A DNA stretch of 64,000 bases, taken from positions 335,015-399,014 of the forward strand of contig DF236967.1 of assembly GCA_000708835.1 (NCBI GenBank), written 5' to 3'. Shown here in pieces: positions 46,177-58,088 of the stretch. The notes beneath the pieces were generated by a model. It did no database searches. It saw only the letters and a list, made by a program, of their open reading frames with translations, and was not told where the DNA came from. How positions within the stretch are numbered: the first letter of the stretch is position 1; each line of letters begins with the position of its first letter. Source of the stretch: Klebsormidium nitens. Its lineage: Eukaryota; Plantae; Klebsormidiophyceae. Position numbers and translations under genes: made by a program.

Positions 46177-47285
46177 GTTGGATTCGAGGTTTCGAAGCAG
46201 ATAAGGTCAGGGGAAAAGCGCTGTCCATAATCTCTTAAGTCAAGAGCACAGGTGAAACCGAATTTTACTGCGACTATTTATAGACTGTCGCGAACTTGAC
46301 TAGTCCCAGTACTGGTTGAAGAGCATCGTTCGTGGGTTATAACCAAGGTATAGGATAAGAGCTCCGGGACTGTTCAAAGACTTCGAAGCCGTGCACTTGC
46401 GGCAATATTCTTTACTGGCAGCGTTGCCGATTGCCGGGTCTGACAGTAAGGCTGGGTAAGCTGGTCAATGAGGTCGTCGGTCGCAAATGTTGGAATGTTA
46501 AGTCCTGCTCAAATGTTCCGAGTTCAGCAGTCTGCCCTCATTCTCAGCAGACCGCTCAGAAGGGCTTGCATGAGATAAGGTTCATTGAAAACTTATTAAA
46601 GCTAGTGCAATGTGCACGATCAGACGCTGACAAAAGTGGGGGCCTTGCTAGACTTAACGTGACGCGCGTGTAAAATACCAGCTAGTAATTTTACATAAAC
46701 CTCGTGCTGGCGCGCTCGCTTGATTCGATCCTTTCAGCCAATGCAGTAAGTTCGTTGTATACAATGCACAGCTTATAGCCGGCCATGCATGACTGCCCGG
46801 CGCGCGCACGTTTAGGCCGGCTAGTACTAATTCGCGCAATTGGCATCGAATTTTCTCAGGCAAGATCAAGGTACGCATGAGGTAGTATAATCCGCTATGC
46901 GTCGATGTCCGATCGGACATGACATGTCCTGAGTAGTAGGTATAAGACATGCACATCCTTGCATCATGCATAAAAGTGTGCACCGGTCGCGGGCACACTG
47001 ACGTGACGTATACCACGAATCCAATAAATCATAAATGCCAGCATGCATCGCAGCTAGATCGTGGCAGTCACGTACATGATCATGTCTATGGACTGATTGG
47101 ACCGCACTGAGCCGAGTATGAAATAGCAAGCCTGCTATGGTGCAAGCTCGTCACGACTTCTTCACCAGCTATACAGCCAAAAGGTAGCATGTCGAACTAC
47201 AAGACTTTCTGACGTATTCCCAGAACATCCAAGCTCCGACATGCACGAGCTTAGCAGCCAACCAACTTACTCACTAATCTCTGCC

Positions 47286-49315
47286 CTAGTGATCCATCGG
47301 CTGTGCGTCCCCCTCGGCCTGCCTCCTGTCCGCTTCCCTGTACGCCACCTGCGCCAGAAACTCGGGCCCCAGCATGTCCTTGATCTCCACTCTCAACAGC
47401 CCACTCAAGTTGCACACCTCCACTATCGCAGGGGGGTGAACGGGCAACCCTAGGGCAGCCAGCGCCCGCACCGCGTTTGCTACCCGACACATCCTCTCCC
47501 TCAGCTGCAAATCTACCTGCCCGCTCGGGCCCGCCGCCTCCATACCTTCGTCTTCGTCCCGCCCCCCCGCATCAACCAAGTCTTTCGACCCGATCCAAAC
47601 GTACCCGTTGCACCCAAGAATGATCCCCACGTCCAGGGGGGCCGCCAGAGCCACAAAATGCTGCTTCAGACGCTTGATAAGATATGGTGCGACAGTAACG
47701 AGTTGCCCCCCCTGGAGTTTTCCATACTTGGCGCTTCGGGTGTGGAGCGCAACAGCGCCGTCCCCTTGGTTGATCTGCTGGACCTCGGCGCTGATGAGGT
47801 CGTTTTCCTGGTACAGCTCCCGCATGTTCAGCTCGTCCACGTTGGTGCGCCGCCTGCGGAAAAAACAACCAAAGACGCTTCAAGAGAAGAGTCCTTCAGG
47901 TTTGCGGAGTTAGATTTGGAAAGACCTGTTGGCTATAAACGACGGATCTAAGGGGCAAAGAAAGTCTTTGAAAGCAGCCAGCTCTGGATGAGAATCGGGA
48001 CAATGAGGAGTCGGATCAAAAACCTAGGACCTACGAAAGCAAGGAGCGTACAAACAATGATTAACAGATACAAAAGGAGCACAAGGGGGCTTTACTCAAT
48101 ATCACTATTTTGTCAAGTATGCAACCAAACATGGGCACCCAAAGGTCTTCCAAAAGGACAGCGGAGAGGATCTAGCCCTCCATGACAAACAGACGCAGCC
48201 CTCAGATGCGCAATTCGAAGACCTCCTCGTCAGATGAGACGGCGCCACTTTGGTGCCTCACCTCTGAACCCCGCCAGGCAGGTTCACAGACGCGAGCAGA
48301 AGCGCGGCGTCCTGCTTCCCGTTGACGTCCATCTTCCACCGCTTCTGGGCCACCTCCGTGACCCTCCCCACCACCACATCACCCACCTGAAACAACGAGT
48401 CAGATATTGTTGCTGCGCTGAAATGATAATTGGTATTCCTTTCACTGCTGTCTGGGCTAGCGCCACACAGGCGCTCGCTTCATACCTCAGATAAAATCGG
48501 CGCCCTTCGCAAATGAAAACACCTTTCAATGATAACTGCACCCGCACGAGAACGTTGTGTCGCACAATTCGCTCTTCTCGAAGATCGTGGCTCTGCTTCA
48601 TCTGCAGATTGTCCCTAGTACTTTGATCTAGCCGTTCAGATCCCCTGGCGCCTACCAAGCTTACTTGAAGGGCTGGAATGAGGAGATGAAGAAATCCATC
48701 ACTAAAGCACGATGCAGCAACTGAATCCTTAGCTTGACGCCGATGAAGGCAGGTGCGAAACTAGGCAGGCCAAACACCGCCAGGTCAAAAACACATGAGA
48801 GTTCAGAAATACTGAATCTAACAACGTAAGGTGACTACACAACAATGCCCAGACGCGCGCACCGCCATACGCAATCGACCTCCTTTTGATACGTCAGCTG
48901 TCGGAAGAAGTGATCCTGCAGCCACTTGGACCGACCAGACCCACGCGCATTGTTCGCAAATCCTGTATCAGCATTGCAACTGTTCGTAAGCGCCCTGCAA
49001 GCCTAACAAGTGCCGCTTACTGCACAGCAATCCGCGCACCTGCGCTGTGTAGCGTCCCTTGAGGGCCCTGACAGACACCAGCTTGTTCACCCGCTCCACC
49101 AACCCGCACACTGTCGCCTGCAGCTGCGCCTCCCCCGCCATCATCGTTCCGTGCCCCTTCATGACACCGCCCTCTGCATCGGCCCCCAAGTCTATGGCAT
49201 CCCCCAAGCATACCAGAGGCAAAGACGCTGTGCTGCTCTGCAGAATGGCCTGCGCCTCCGCCAATTTGGCTGCCGCCTCATCTAGGCTGGGGGCCGGCCC
49301 CTCGGGCTGCAGCAT
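47286..49315 (-). CDS. RRP4: RNA exosome cap subunit RRP4 (EXOSC2), 3 exons, ~322 aa
   Basis: Exons 49315-49040, 48386-48262 and 47853-47286 are in phase. Product: GHGT...ATVCGLVERVNKLVSVRALKGRYTAQVGDVVVGRVTEVAQKRWKMDVN...LASVNLPGGVQRRRTNVDELNMR...DLISAEVQ...LHTRSAKYGKL...IILGCNGYVWIG. Confidence 0.97.
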
Positions 49316-50168
49316 TGATGCTGAAAAAATTTAGAAAGATCGAATGCGACCCAAAGAACCAGCTGCGCGCGACTGCTTTGCACTTTTGGGCTGTAATGTA
49401 ACAAACAAAGGGAGCAATCTGCTGTGGTGCAGTGGACCGAGATGATTTGTTGGGAAATTCAGGTCTCTTCAATCAGCTCCAATAACATCCAACGTCCGCG
49501 CCTTTTGGGAACACAACTGGCCGGTGGATAGAGGGAGGTTCGTCCGCCTGGACACAAGGAGCGCTTTCAAACCACTTTCCCTTCATTCGATCGGCAGTGT
49601 GCGGCCGGACTCTCTAGGACTCCTAGGGTCTCTCTAGCTGCATTGCCCGACATTTAGTGTGTTGCATGTTCATTGTCACTGTCAGTGTCCGCGCAGACGT
49701 GAAGGTTCTGTGAGCTTGCAACGACGGTTGCATATGGTAATGGTCTCCCTTCCCGCCGCCCATACCGTTAGCACCCGCAACCTCAAAACCGGCTCCGTCG
49801 CTTCACCTCGACGGTTGATTCGCTTCGTAGTTGCGTAACCAACAAATCGGACGTTATACGCTTAACTTACGTATCAAGCTATCATGCAAGGCCATGTGGG
49901 GATGCCAATCATTGAGCCGTGCTTGAGCCTCGAGTCAGCTCAGCTCAGAGTCGGAGCCAGTCGGACTCGGAGCTGCATTGACGATGACAATTTCGGACTC
50001 TGATGAGCGCTGTCCTCGAAATCTCCTTGTGAACCCACGGAGGCTGGAACTTGCAAGGCGCCGCTGGAAGCAACGCCCTGTAGGGGGAGCTAGGTAGCTG
50101 GGGTGCAGCTGGCAAACTCCTCGCGTCCTCCTGCCCGTACCACCAACGTCCTCTGACCCGCTCTAATC

Positions 50169-53100
50169 ATGGCGGTCTCGCTGACGCAGCGGCTGGTGGT
50201 CCCCTCCACTGGGGCAGCATTGAGTCCTTATGCGGCCAGCTCAAGCGGCGATAGGGTCCGATCAAAGCGGTCGCATAGGCACCCGGCAGCTGGCATGTCA
50301 CATCCTATCAACCTGTCTTCACCCCACCATAAAATTGGGCCCAGCGGCCCGTCTCGAAACTCTGCGCGTTCTCTAGCAGCTCTCAGAGAAAGTCAACACG
50401 TTTGCTTGCAAGCGCATGGCTTCTTTGGAAGCAAGCTGCCCCTCTCCGCTGACTCGCCAGAAAGTGGCACAACAACAAAGTTTAGAAACATCAGAATGTC
50501 AGCAGCGGGGGGCTCCGGCCGGCCCCACAGCCCAATTGACCCCGTGGAAAGCCCTCGCACTCAGCCTGCGGACAACTTAAGTGATGCGCTTGGGAGAATT
50601 GTGGGTCACCCGAGCGGGTCACTAGTGGGCGCGTTGGCCGTGGCGGCCTGGAAAGGCATCACAAAGAACACGGCTGAGACGGTGGAGCTATTTCGAGATC
50701 TGCCGCCATCAGATTTGACTGGTGAGTCTTTCATGTGTATGGCCTTCCATGCTGCTTAGCGGTCACTGATGTGAGAGTTCTGATCGGCGTGGCCTTTTGT
50801 TTTTGACTCTAAGAAGACAGGTTTATTAGCAGCAGACTGATGCAGCTCCAATAAACCTGTTCTTTCCGGTTTCATAGTGAAAATCCAGAACGAGTTGTTT
50901 CCCCTGTAAACGACATCTGTGATTGGTATCTGTTAGTTTAATCCTGAGAACCGCGCACAGTGAGCACTTCGAGTTGCTTTCAAGTGCCTTTTGGCCGGTC
51001 CCGCCACTGCCCCAGTCTTTGATACACAACCTCTATCAGTTGGTCAAACAGTGGTCACATGGTGTTGCCCCTCTCGATCTTCGCGTTGCCACCACCAATC
51101 TTCTGGCAACAAGAAGGTTTCAGTAGTATAATGTCTCTTCATCCGGTGGTCGCAGACACAGTGGCGCCGGAGGCCCTGGCGGACCCTGACAGCAAGTTTG
51201 TGGATGTGGGCAAAGTGAGAGTGCACTACAAGGAGTACACAAAACAGGGCCTCTCGCCAACAGAGGCGCAGCGGTTACCTACTATCCTGCTCCTTCATGG
51301 ATTCGCGGGCAGGTGATGTACTCATAGAGCACTCTTAAGTTTGAGAAATTACGGGTTTGCTTCCCATGCTTGATAGATGTGATTGATGAGACTTGGGGCG
51401 ATTCTTTGTACTTTTCGTGAGTGCCCTCTGCTGACGACGTACGTTCCAGGTTGAGGGCAGAAAGGGCACAGCAAGGATTGAAATTGATTACAGTGCCTTC
51501 TTGTTGATCTTTCCCATTATCTTCACGAAAGACCGCGAGCCCTCACAGATTACAGAGCGAATTTATGTCCACGTCTTGGCAGCAACGAACTTTTCCAGGA
51601 ACACTCATCATTGCCAATCGTCTGTCTACTTTTTCCGCCTCTGTTAGAGTCTTTTCAGGCCTTCCAAGATTGTAGTTCAGGGGCCCAACCCTCAGAGCAG
51701 CTTCTCAAGTGTTCTGAGTGATTCGCTTTAGGTTCTTGCGTTTGCAGTTCACTCTGCGACCAGGTTATTCATCCAATATCTTCCTTTTTGCAGTACCTGG
51801 TCATTCCGTAAAGTGATGGCGGACATGGCTGAGGCTCTAGACGGCCACCGGGTCATCGCCTTTGACCGGCCCCCGTTCGGCCTGACTAGCAGGTGGGTTC
51901 CGCACTCTTATTCGACCCGCGAAGCGATTCGTGGTTGAAACGTGGTTCTTCTATGCGGCGGTGGCAATGCTAGCAGCAATTATCCTACTCCATTTCGCAG
52001 CCCCAACCGGTTGTGACTCGCATAGGCTGATCATGCACTTCTCAGCTCAAGAGAGGCTCCCATCATCGAGCTGTATAATCCAGCCTGCCTCTCTGATTGA
52101 TAATTGAAAATAATGATTCCACGGTGTGTGATTCCCATCTGGCGGACAAGCTATATGCGTAGGGATGACCTATGTTGGAATTTTCGGACGCTGTCTGCAG
52201 GCCTTTGGACGTCCAGCCGGGCGCTCCGGACAACCCGTACACGGCGGAGGGGGCTGCTCGGCTGATGCTGGCTCTGATGGACACGTTGAAAATCGACAAG
52301 GCCGTCGCCATGGGGTGAGCAGGCTATCCCCTTTGTCATCTGTTGCGCCTCTTTCCCGCCCCTCCACCCTTTAGAGTCCTCTGACGGTGCTCGGGCGCTA
52401 GCTTGCAAAGATGGACGAATCACGCAATTGGATGCTTCTTGTCAGCAGCTGATTATGAGACACGGTGACGACGTGAGGGAGCATATCAACGTCTTTCATT
52501 GGTGGTAGAGGCACACTAGTGTCGATTGTGCTCTTGGTACTTTGAAAATCGTCTCTCCGCTTTGCCTGGCCTCACTTGCAAGCTTCAGAAGTATAGTTCG
52601 TATACCACAGGCATGAAACGGGAAGTACAGTTTGTATACCACAGGCATGAAACGGGAGCACTGATCATGGCCCCCCTGATTTTTCGCAGGCACTCAGCGG
52701 GTGCGCCCATTGTGCTTGACGCCGCCCTTCTGGCCCCCGAGCGTATAACGGCGCTCGGCCTCCTTGCACCGGCCGTGTTCGTGGACAAGTCGGCACTCTC
52801 CCGAGGAGGGCTGTACGCGCAGGTTGGCGTTGCTGACAGAGGGTTTGGGTGCTTTGTTTGCTTCGTCAATACCGACCCGTTGCTGCCTTCAAGTGCGTTC
52901 TCGGCTCTTGGCGCTTTCAATCGGGTTGATTTTGACTCATCGCATATCTGCGGGTTTCGGGTCATCGTTTGGTGTAAAACCCGTTCAAGTCAGCAAGCGC
53001 CTTGTCACATGAAGAAGCAGGCGAGTCGCCGAAACGCAGCCGTTTGCTTGCACAAGGTACGGCTGTCGGATACGCATCTACAGCCTCTGTACGATTTTGT

Positions 53101-55572
53101 AAGCCGAACGCCTTCATTTTCGTCAGACATTGAGCATCTCTTCGTTTTTGCTATGTGCAGCTCCGGTTGTTGTACACTCGCGCCCTGCTCAGCACTCCCG
53201 GCGTGGGCCTGAATTACATTCGTCAGATGGTAAGAACTCAGCGCCTGACCTTACCTTCTTTTACACTTGTATGTGTTGCTTCAATGTGTGTTGCTTAAAT
53301 GAGAGGGCAATACGCTTGCTAAACGAGAGGGCAACAGGGAACGAGATTGACATGGTCCGGACACATTTTTGGACCGTCGTTACCCTCGATTGCGTTGAGA
53401 GCTGCGAAGACGGCGCATAATTAGCCAGGAGTGGTCGTTGATTGTTCGCACGTCGGCCTCATCGGGCAACAATATGAGCAAGCTGAGCGCCAGATACGTA
53501 AGTTGGTGTCATCTACCGGCTTGCCTTTCGCCTTTCTCGTCTCAACAACACTCATGCTAAAATCAAGAACGCAATCTTTCATTGCGGTGCAGTACCGAAA
53601 GCGGCGGGCGGAAGTAAACAAAGGCGCAATGACGTATGCTGATGCCGACAAGGTCACGAACGAGGTGAGGGACGACCTTTTTTGGAAGCATGCCTCCGAA
53701 GGTCGAGCATTCTCTTGTTCAGAAGTTTCGAGGATCACAAGGTTTTGTCGTTCTGCTCGCCAGGAATTCTTTTTCCTCGTTGAAAAAAACTGGTTGAGGC
53801 GAAAGACGCCGCATGAAGGCCATTGGGAGTCTATCGCGAGCGACAGTCTTGACGGTCAGGGGCCTCAGTGGAAGCTCGTTTGTAGGTGCCGCGACATGCT
53901 TCCTTCTTTCCGAGAAGCTCTAATGAATGCACCAATGTCCATTCAGAAAGCCCAACCTGCGGGCCTTTTAAGGGTTGCGATTGACGAGGGGATAGTTCAC
54001 TTCTTCTGGAGAAAACCGAAGTCGATTTTGTTCTGTTGCCTCCTCTTTCGATACCGCTGGAAGAAGACGGCTGTCACGTCTCCCCTGCAGGACATCGAGG
54101 GTTACCTGAAGCCCATGATGGCTCACGACTGGGACCGCGCGTCGCTCCTCCAGTTCCAGAGCTTCGGCTTCGAGCCTGTGGGCGACCGCATCAAAGACCT
54201 CAAAGTGCCCGGTACGTACTGCGGCCTCTGGGCTGACTTTTGCACTGAGCTTCACATTTGTGTGCGGTTCAAATGTGCGGTTCTGATGCAATGCCCAAGT
54301 AGGCTGTGCTTACCGATTCCGCTAATGACCGCCTCGTTTAGGCGGACTCTTTTTGTTAAGCACGTAGATCGGGCGAAGTGGACGCCCTGCAGCCTCGTGC
54401 GTTGGCAGCCTACGTGGCCCTGCGCTACGTGCGCTGCTAGAATGCAACCAGCACAATGGATTTCGCTGGACCACAGGATATTGCAGAAGCCTCTTTTGGC
54501 GGGCCAGTGTTTTCGCACGTTCTGTCAAACGATCAACGCTTTTGAGGTTGAGAGTGCGGAGGACGCACCTTAAGCCAGCAGGAAAACCTGGCAGACACCG
54601 CGTCTCAGGCGTTCATGTTCTCTTCGCACTAGTCAAAGCCGATTACAATGCACCACAGGACTCGTTGAAGGAGGAGCGCCCGGTCCGAAACAGAAGCTTG
54701 TTGGTATGCAGCCATTTTGACGGTGCCACGCGTATTGGTCGTGCAGTGCTGATTCTGCAAGGCGACTTGGACAAGGCCGTCCCCGTGCAGGCCGCCCGCT
54801 CGCTTGCCGCCGTTCTCCGTGACGTCACGGAGACGTCATACGTGGAACTAAATAACTGCGGACATCAGCCAATGGTAAGTCACCGGACTTCCTTCGCATT
54901 CTTACATTTCAACATGAACTTTGTCAGTGCGTTCCATCTGGATTGGTTGACTTTGACGGCCGAGACTTGAGGCAGTCCCAAGCGGTCGTTGGTTGATTCA
55001 GCTGGCATGCTGGTACCCATCGAACGTATGAGATAAAGATCTGCTTTTTGGACCGCAAGCCGTTAATATAAACGACCGTGGCCGCCAAGAAGCTGATTTC
55101 TTGCGTTTCTGGCAGAGCGTTAAGTTGAGAGATGCATCCGTTCACCGAAAAAAGATTAAGGTGTTTATCCGAGACGCCGGTTCCAAGCCGCTGAAGCTGC
55201 TCGTTCAGCGACGCCTGTCAGAAGGGGAAAATTTGAAAAACATCAGCTCGAGGGAAGACGATTTCGGGGATGTTTTGGAAGCGGGGCCAGGAAACAAGTG
55301 CTGGCTGCGAGTCTCCCTGACGGGCATCGGCTTGGTGATCCAGTTTCTGAATTGCTTTTTTTTACTGAACCGGTTGTAACTTGTACACATCTATTTCGCA
55401 GGAGGAGTTTCCCGAGGTCTTCGTTGAGAAGGTCACCGACTTTCTGCAATCGCTCCCCGACAAAGTGCCAGCTGCGCGCGCCACCCCAAGAAGGGACATT
55501 GATCTCGAGACGCGAGTGCCGGTCCTTGGACCGGACGTGACGTCAGTCGAGGCTGCGCCTACGTCACTGTAA
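50169..55572 (+). CDS. Alpha/beta-fold hydrolase with probable plastid transit peptide, 10 exons
   Basis: Joined exons give ALADPDSKFVDV...ILLLHGFAGSTWSFR...VIAFDRPPFGLTSRP...DNPYT...AMGHSAGA (G-x-S-x-G nucleophile)...VLILQGDLDKAVP (Asp)...NCGHQPMEEFPEVF (His). The N-terminus is Ser/Arg/Ala-rich. Confidence 0.92.
52588..52657. repeat. 34-bp x2 intronic tandem duplication (hydrolase intron)
   Basis: gaagta(t/c)agtt(c/t)gtataccacaggcatgaaacgg at 52588 and 52622; both differences are C/T transitions. Confidence 0.9.
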
Positions 55573-57115
55573 AGCAGCACCTACACTCATTCATTTGTAC
55601 ATTCTTTGTAAAGAAGCTTCCGAGTCGACGCCCCGACTCGGCTGTGATATAGCTGCCGGCCGCAATACCGCTTTGCATAAGCTTGCAAAAACGCCACGGA
55701 ACGAGATCAGGCTTGGGCATAGATTTACATACACGTTGCAGAACGCAATCTGGTTGAACACTTCGCTTGAAATGAAGCACTAAAGTAACGTCTTGGAGCA
55801 CGGTTTGTAGAGCCTGTGTAAGACTTGCCTCTGCATGGATTGGACCAATTCAGGAAGTTGATTTCGTGCGTGGTTGGACAGGCAGGCCGGCCGCTTGCAG
55901 TGACCCGCTGTGAGCGAGGTGCTCTGGCCGTTGCTCGCGGGTCACTGCATGTGTGAAGCGGTGTCCGTCAAGATTCGCAGAGGAACAAGCAAGTCGGAAA
56001 TGCTTATTCGTCACCCAGGGCGTAAGGGTACCCAAGGTGCGCGTTCTTCGGTTGTACAATCTCGGCTGCAGGCTTGGTAAGGCCGTGCAACAGTTTCTCG
56101 TCCAAATGTGAATGCGATGTATACCATGGGTATCTGGCAAGCTGAGAAAAGCATGTCAGCGAGTCAGTTGCGCAGCTCCGGCTCATGAATATACTCTTCG
56201 TTATGTATTACAGTCGACCGAAGTCCCCCTTAATATGGTCAATCGTAGGAATTCAATTCAGGCTTACATATATCATTGAGGCTCAATTGGCATGCATACC
56301 GCGAACTGGCCGCCTCAATGGCCTGCAACTGTTGCGAATCTGCTCAATCTGGATTACGGACTTGAGTTAACCAATACCGTCATATAGGACACACATGATG
56401 ATCCAAAACTATCCGACAGTCGGACATGGCGCAACAACATATTAGCTTTATGCAACAGCAGATCAATCATAAAGACTCCTGAACGGCTGATGAAAGCATG
56501 TGCGCTACAACAACATCGAAGTTCTTGCATACTTTCGCTCTTTTCACTGTCTATCCGGGGCAGCTTAAGTATATACTGCGATTGGAACGTTTCCCTGAGC
56601 GTCTGGACTTCCGCGATAATTGGAACCCTTTTGACAACAGAGATTTGGGCACATGTGCAGATCGACACAATTGTAGACCGGCAGCCGTGATTGTAGCATG
56701 ACAAATAGGAGCAAAAGGTAGATCACACTAGATGGTACATGCTTCATAAAATTCATCTGCTTATCCCGGCCAGTACAAAGTGACCTCCATCAAGCTTTGC
56801 TTGATTTGGCGCTCAATGCTGGGTCCTGCTTGTTTACACATTATATCAGCAACTGCATTTCCTGACGAGCTTGGGGACTGCCCTTAGACTGGGGCGTCTT
56901 TTCACTTACCCTCGACGGGTGTCGCAGGCTGATATCTGCTAGAGTACAATCACTGCATGCATCCGCTACACGCAAAGCCCTCACTAAGGGATAGTCTTTG
57001 CCGGTGCCACACCAACATACCACCTTCATTTTGACCACAAACTATAGTAACATGGTACATTGTGACCTGTTCTAACCCTTCTCTGGCGTCAAAAAGACGA
57101 ATCCATTTCAAGTCC

Positions 57116-57463
57116 TCAGTCCGCTGTCTGCAGCTCTGGCTTAACGCCCGCCTCATCCTTCGCAGTACCCTCCTTGATTTGCTTCTCCATCTCTGCAACC
57201 TCTGGTGACTGCTTCCGCCCCTGTTCTGCCAATTCCTCAACTTTGTGATCCTCTATGTTGCTATCCTTAATCGCTGTCTTAGTGCTCTTTGTGAGCCTTT
57301 CCCCAACAGTTCCCCCATCATCGTCCTTCAGTGTCTGCCTGCTGCTGCTGAAGCACCGCACCTCGAAGACTCTTGACGTACATGATGCCCACCGCTGAAC
57401 CTGGCCATGCTGCAACGATGTCCCCGCTAGTATTTCTTTGAATGCCCTTCCCAATTGGGCCAT
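57116..57463 (-). CDS. Small hydrophilic protein with probable mitochondrial presequence (LEA-like composition), 115 aa
   Basis: A single ORF starts with ATG. The basic, hydroxylated N-terminus ends EVRCFSSSRQTL, and the mature part is highly charged and E/K-rich without Cys or aromatic residues. No family was recognised with certainty. Confidence 0.65.
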   Translation of the reverse strand: MAQLGRAFKEILAGTSLQHGQVQRWASCTSRVFEVRCFSSSRQTLKDDDGGTVGERLTKSTKTAIKDSNIEDHKVEELAEQGRKQSPEVAEMEKQIKEGTAKDEAGVKPELQTAD

Positions 57464-58088
57464 TGGAAAAGGTCCCAGATAGCGTTCAAGCCTCGGACCT
57501 GTTCAAAACTCCTTCGTCCCGTAACGGTGTCAGCTTTGTGATTGAATATACAATCAGCTCCCCACCTCTGAATGCTGTTTCAAAGATGGCCCCACCTTGT
57601 CAGCGTCACCTGAAGCTGGTTATGTGAGGTCACCCTCAACTACTCGCCTGCCGTTCCACCACTTCTGATCAGACTTCACAAGGAGGGTGCTCTGGGACCG
57701 CCTCTGCTCAGTGCTGGCAGGGCGTACCACTGTACCAGCAATTACGCAGAATGCATGCAGACATTGCAGAGTCTAGACTTCCAAGCTGTCCAGAAGATCT
57801 CGAGATCGAATCTAGAGGCTGAGGTTCGCCCACCGCTTGCCACCTCACCAAACTTCCTGGCCCCGAGTCTCAGCCTCCGAAATCCTCGGCCAGCTGCGCC
57901 TCAGTCTGTCTAGCTAGCCCTTGGCGAAGCTTTGTCGGGGGCGCCCAGCTCGGCGCAGGGGCAGCAGAAAAGAGGTGGAACGGATCAGAGTCAGGGCGCA
58001 GGAGGCGTCTTAGATTCCATGGTACTCCTGAGGCCGCTTGCGTGATTTGCCAGCTGCTGTGCATGCACGTAAGCAGGGCTTAGTCAGA

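Noticed and set aside
53431-54573. 380-aa plus-strand ORF that looks like a separate gene inside the hydrolase
   Set aside because: It is read-through of introns that happen to lack stops in the frame of two genuine hydrolase exons (YRKRRAEVNK... and DIEGYLKPMM...). The rest is intron-like sequence with canonical GT/AG borders.
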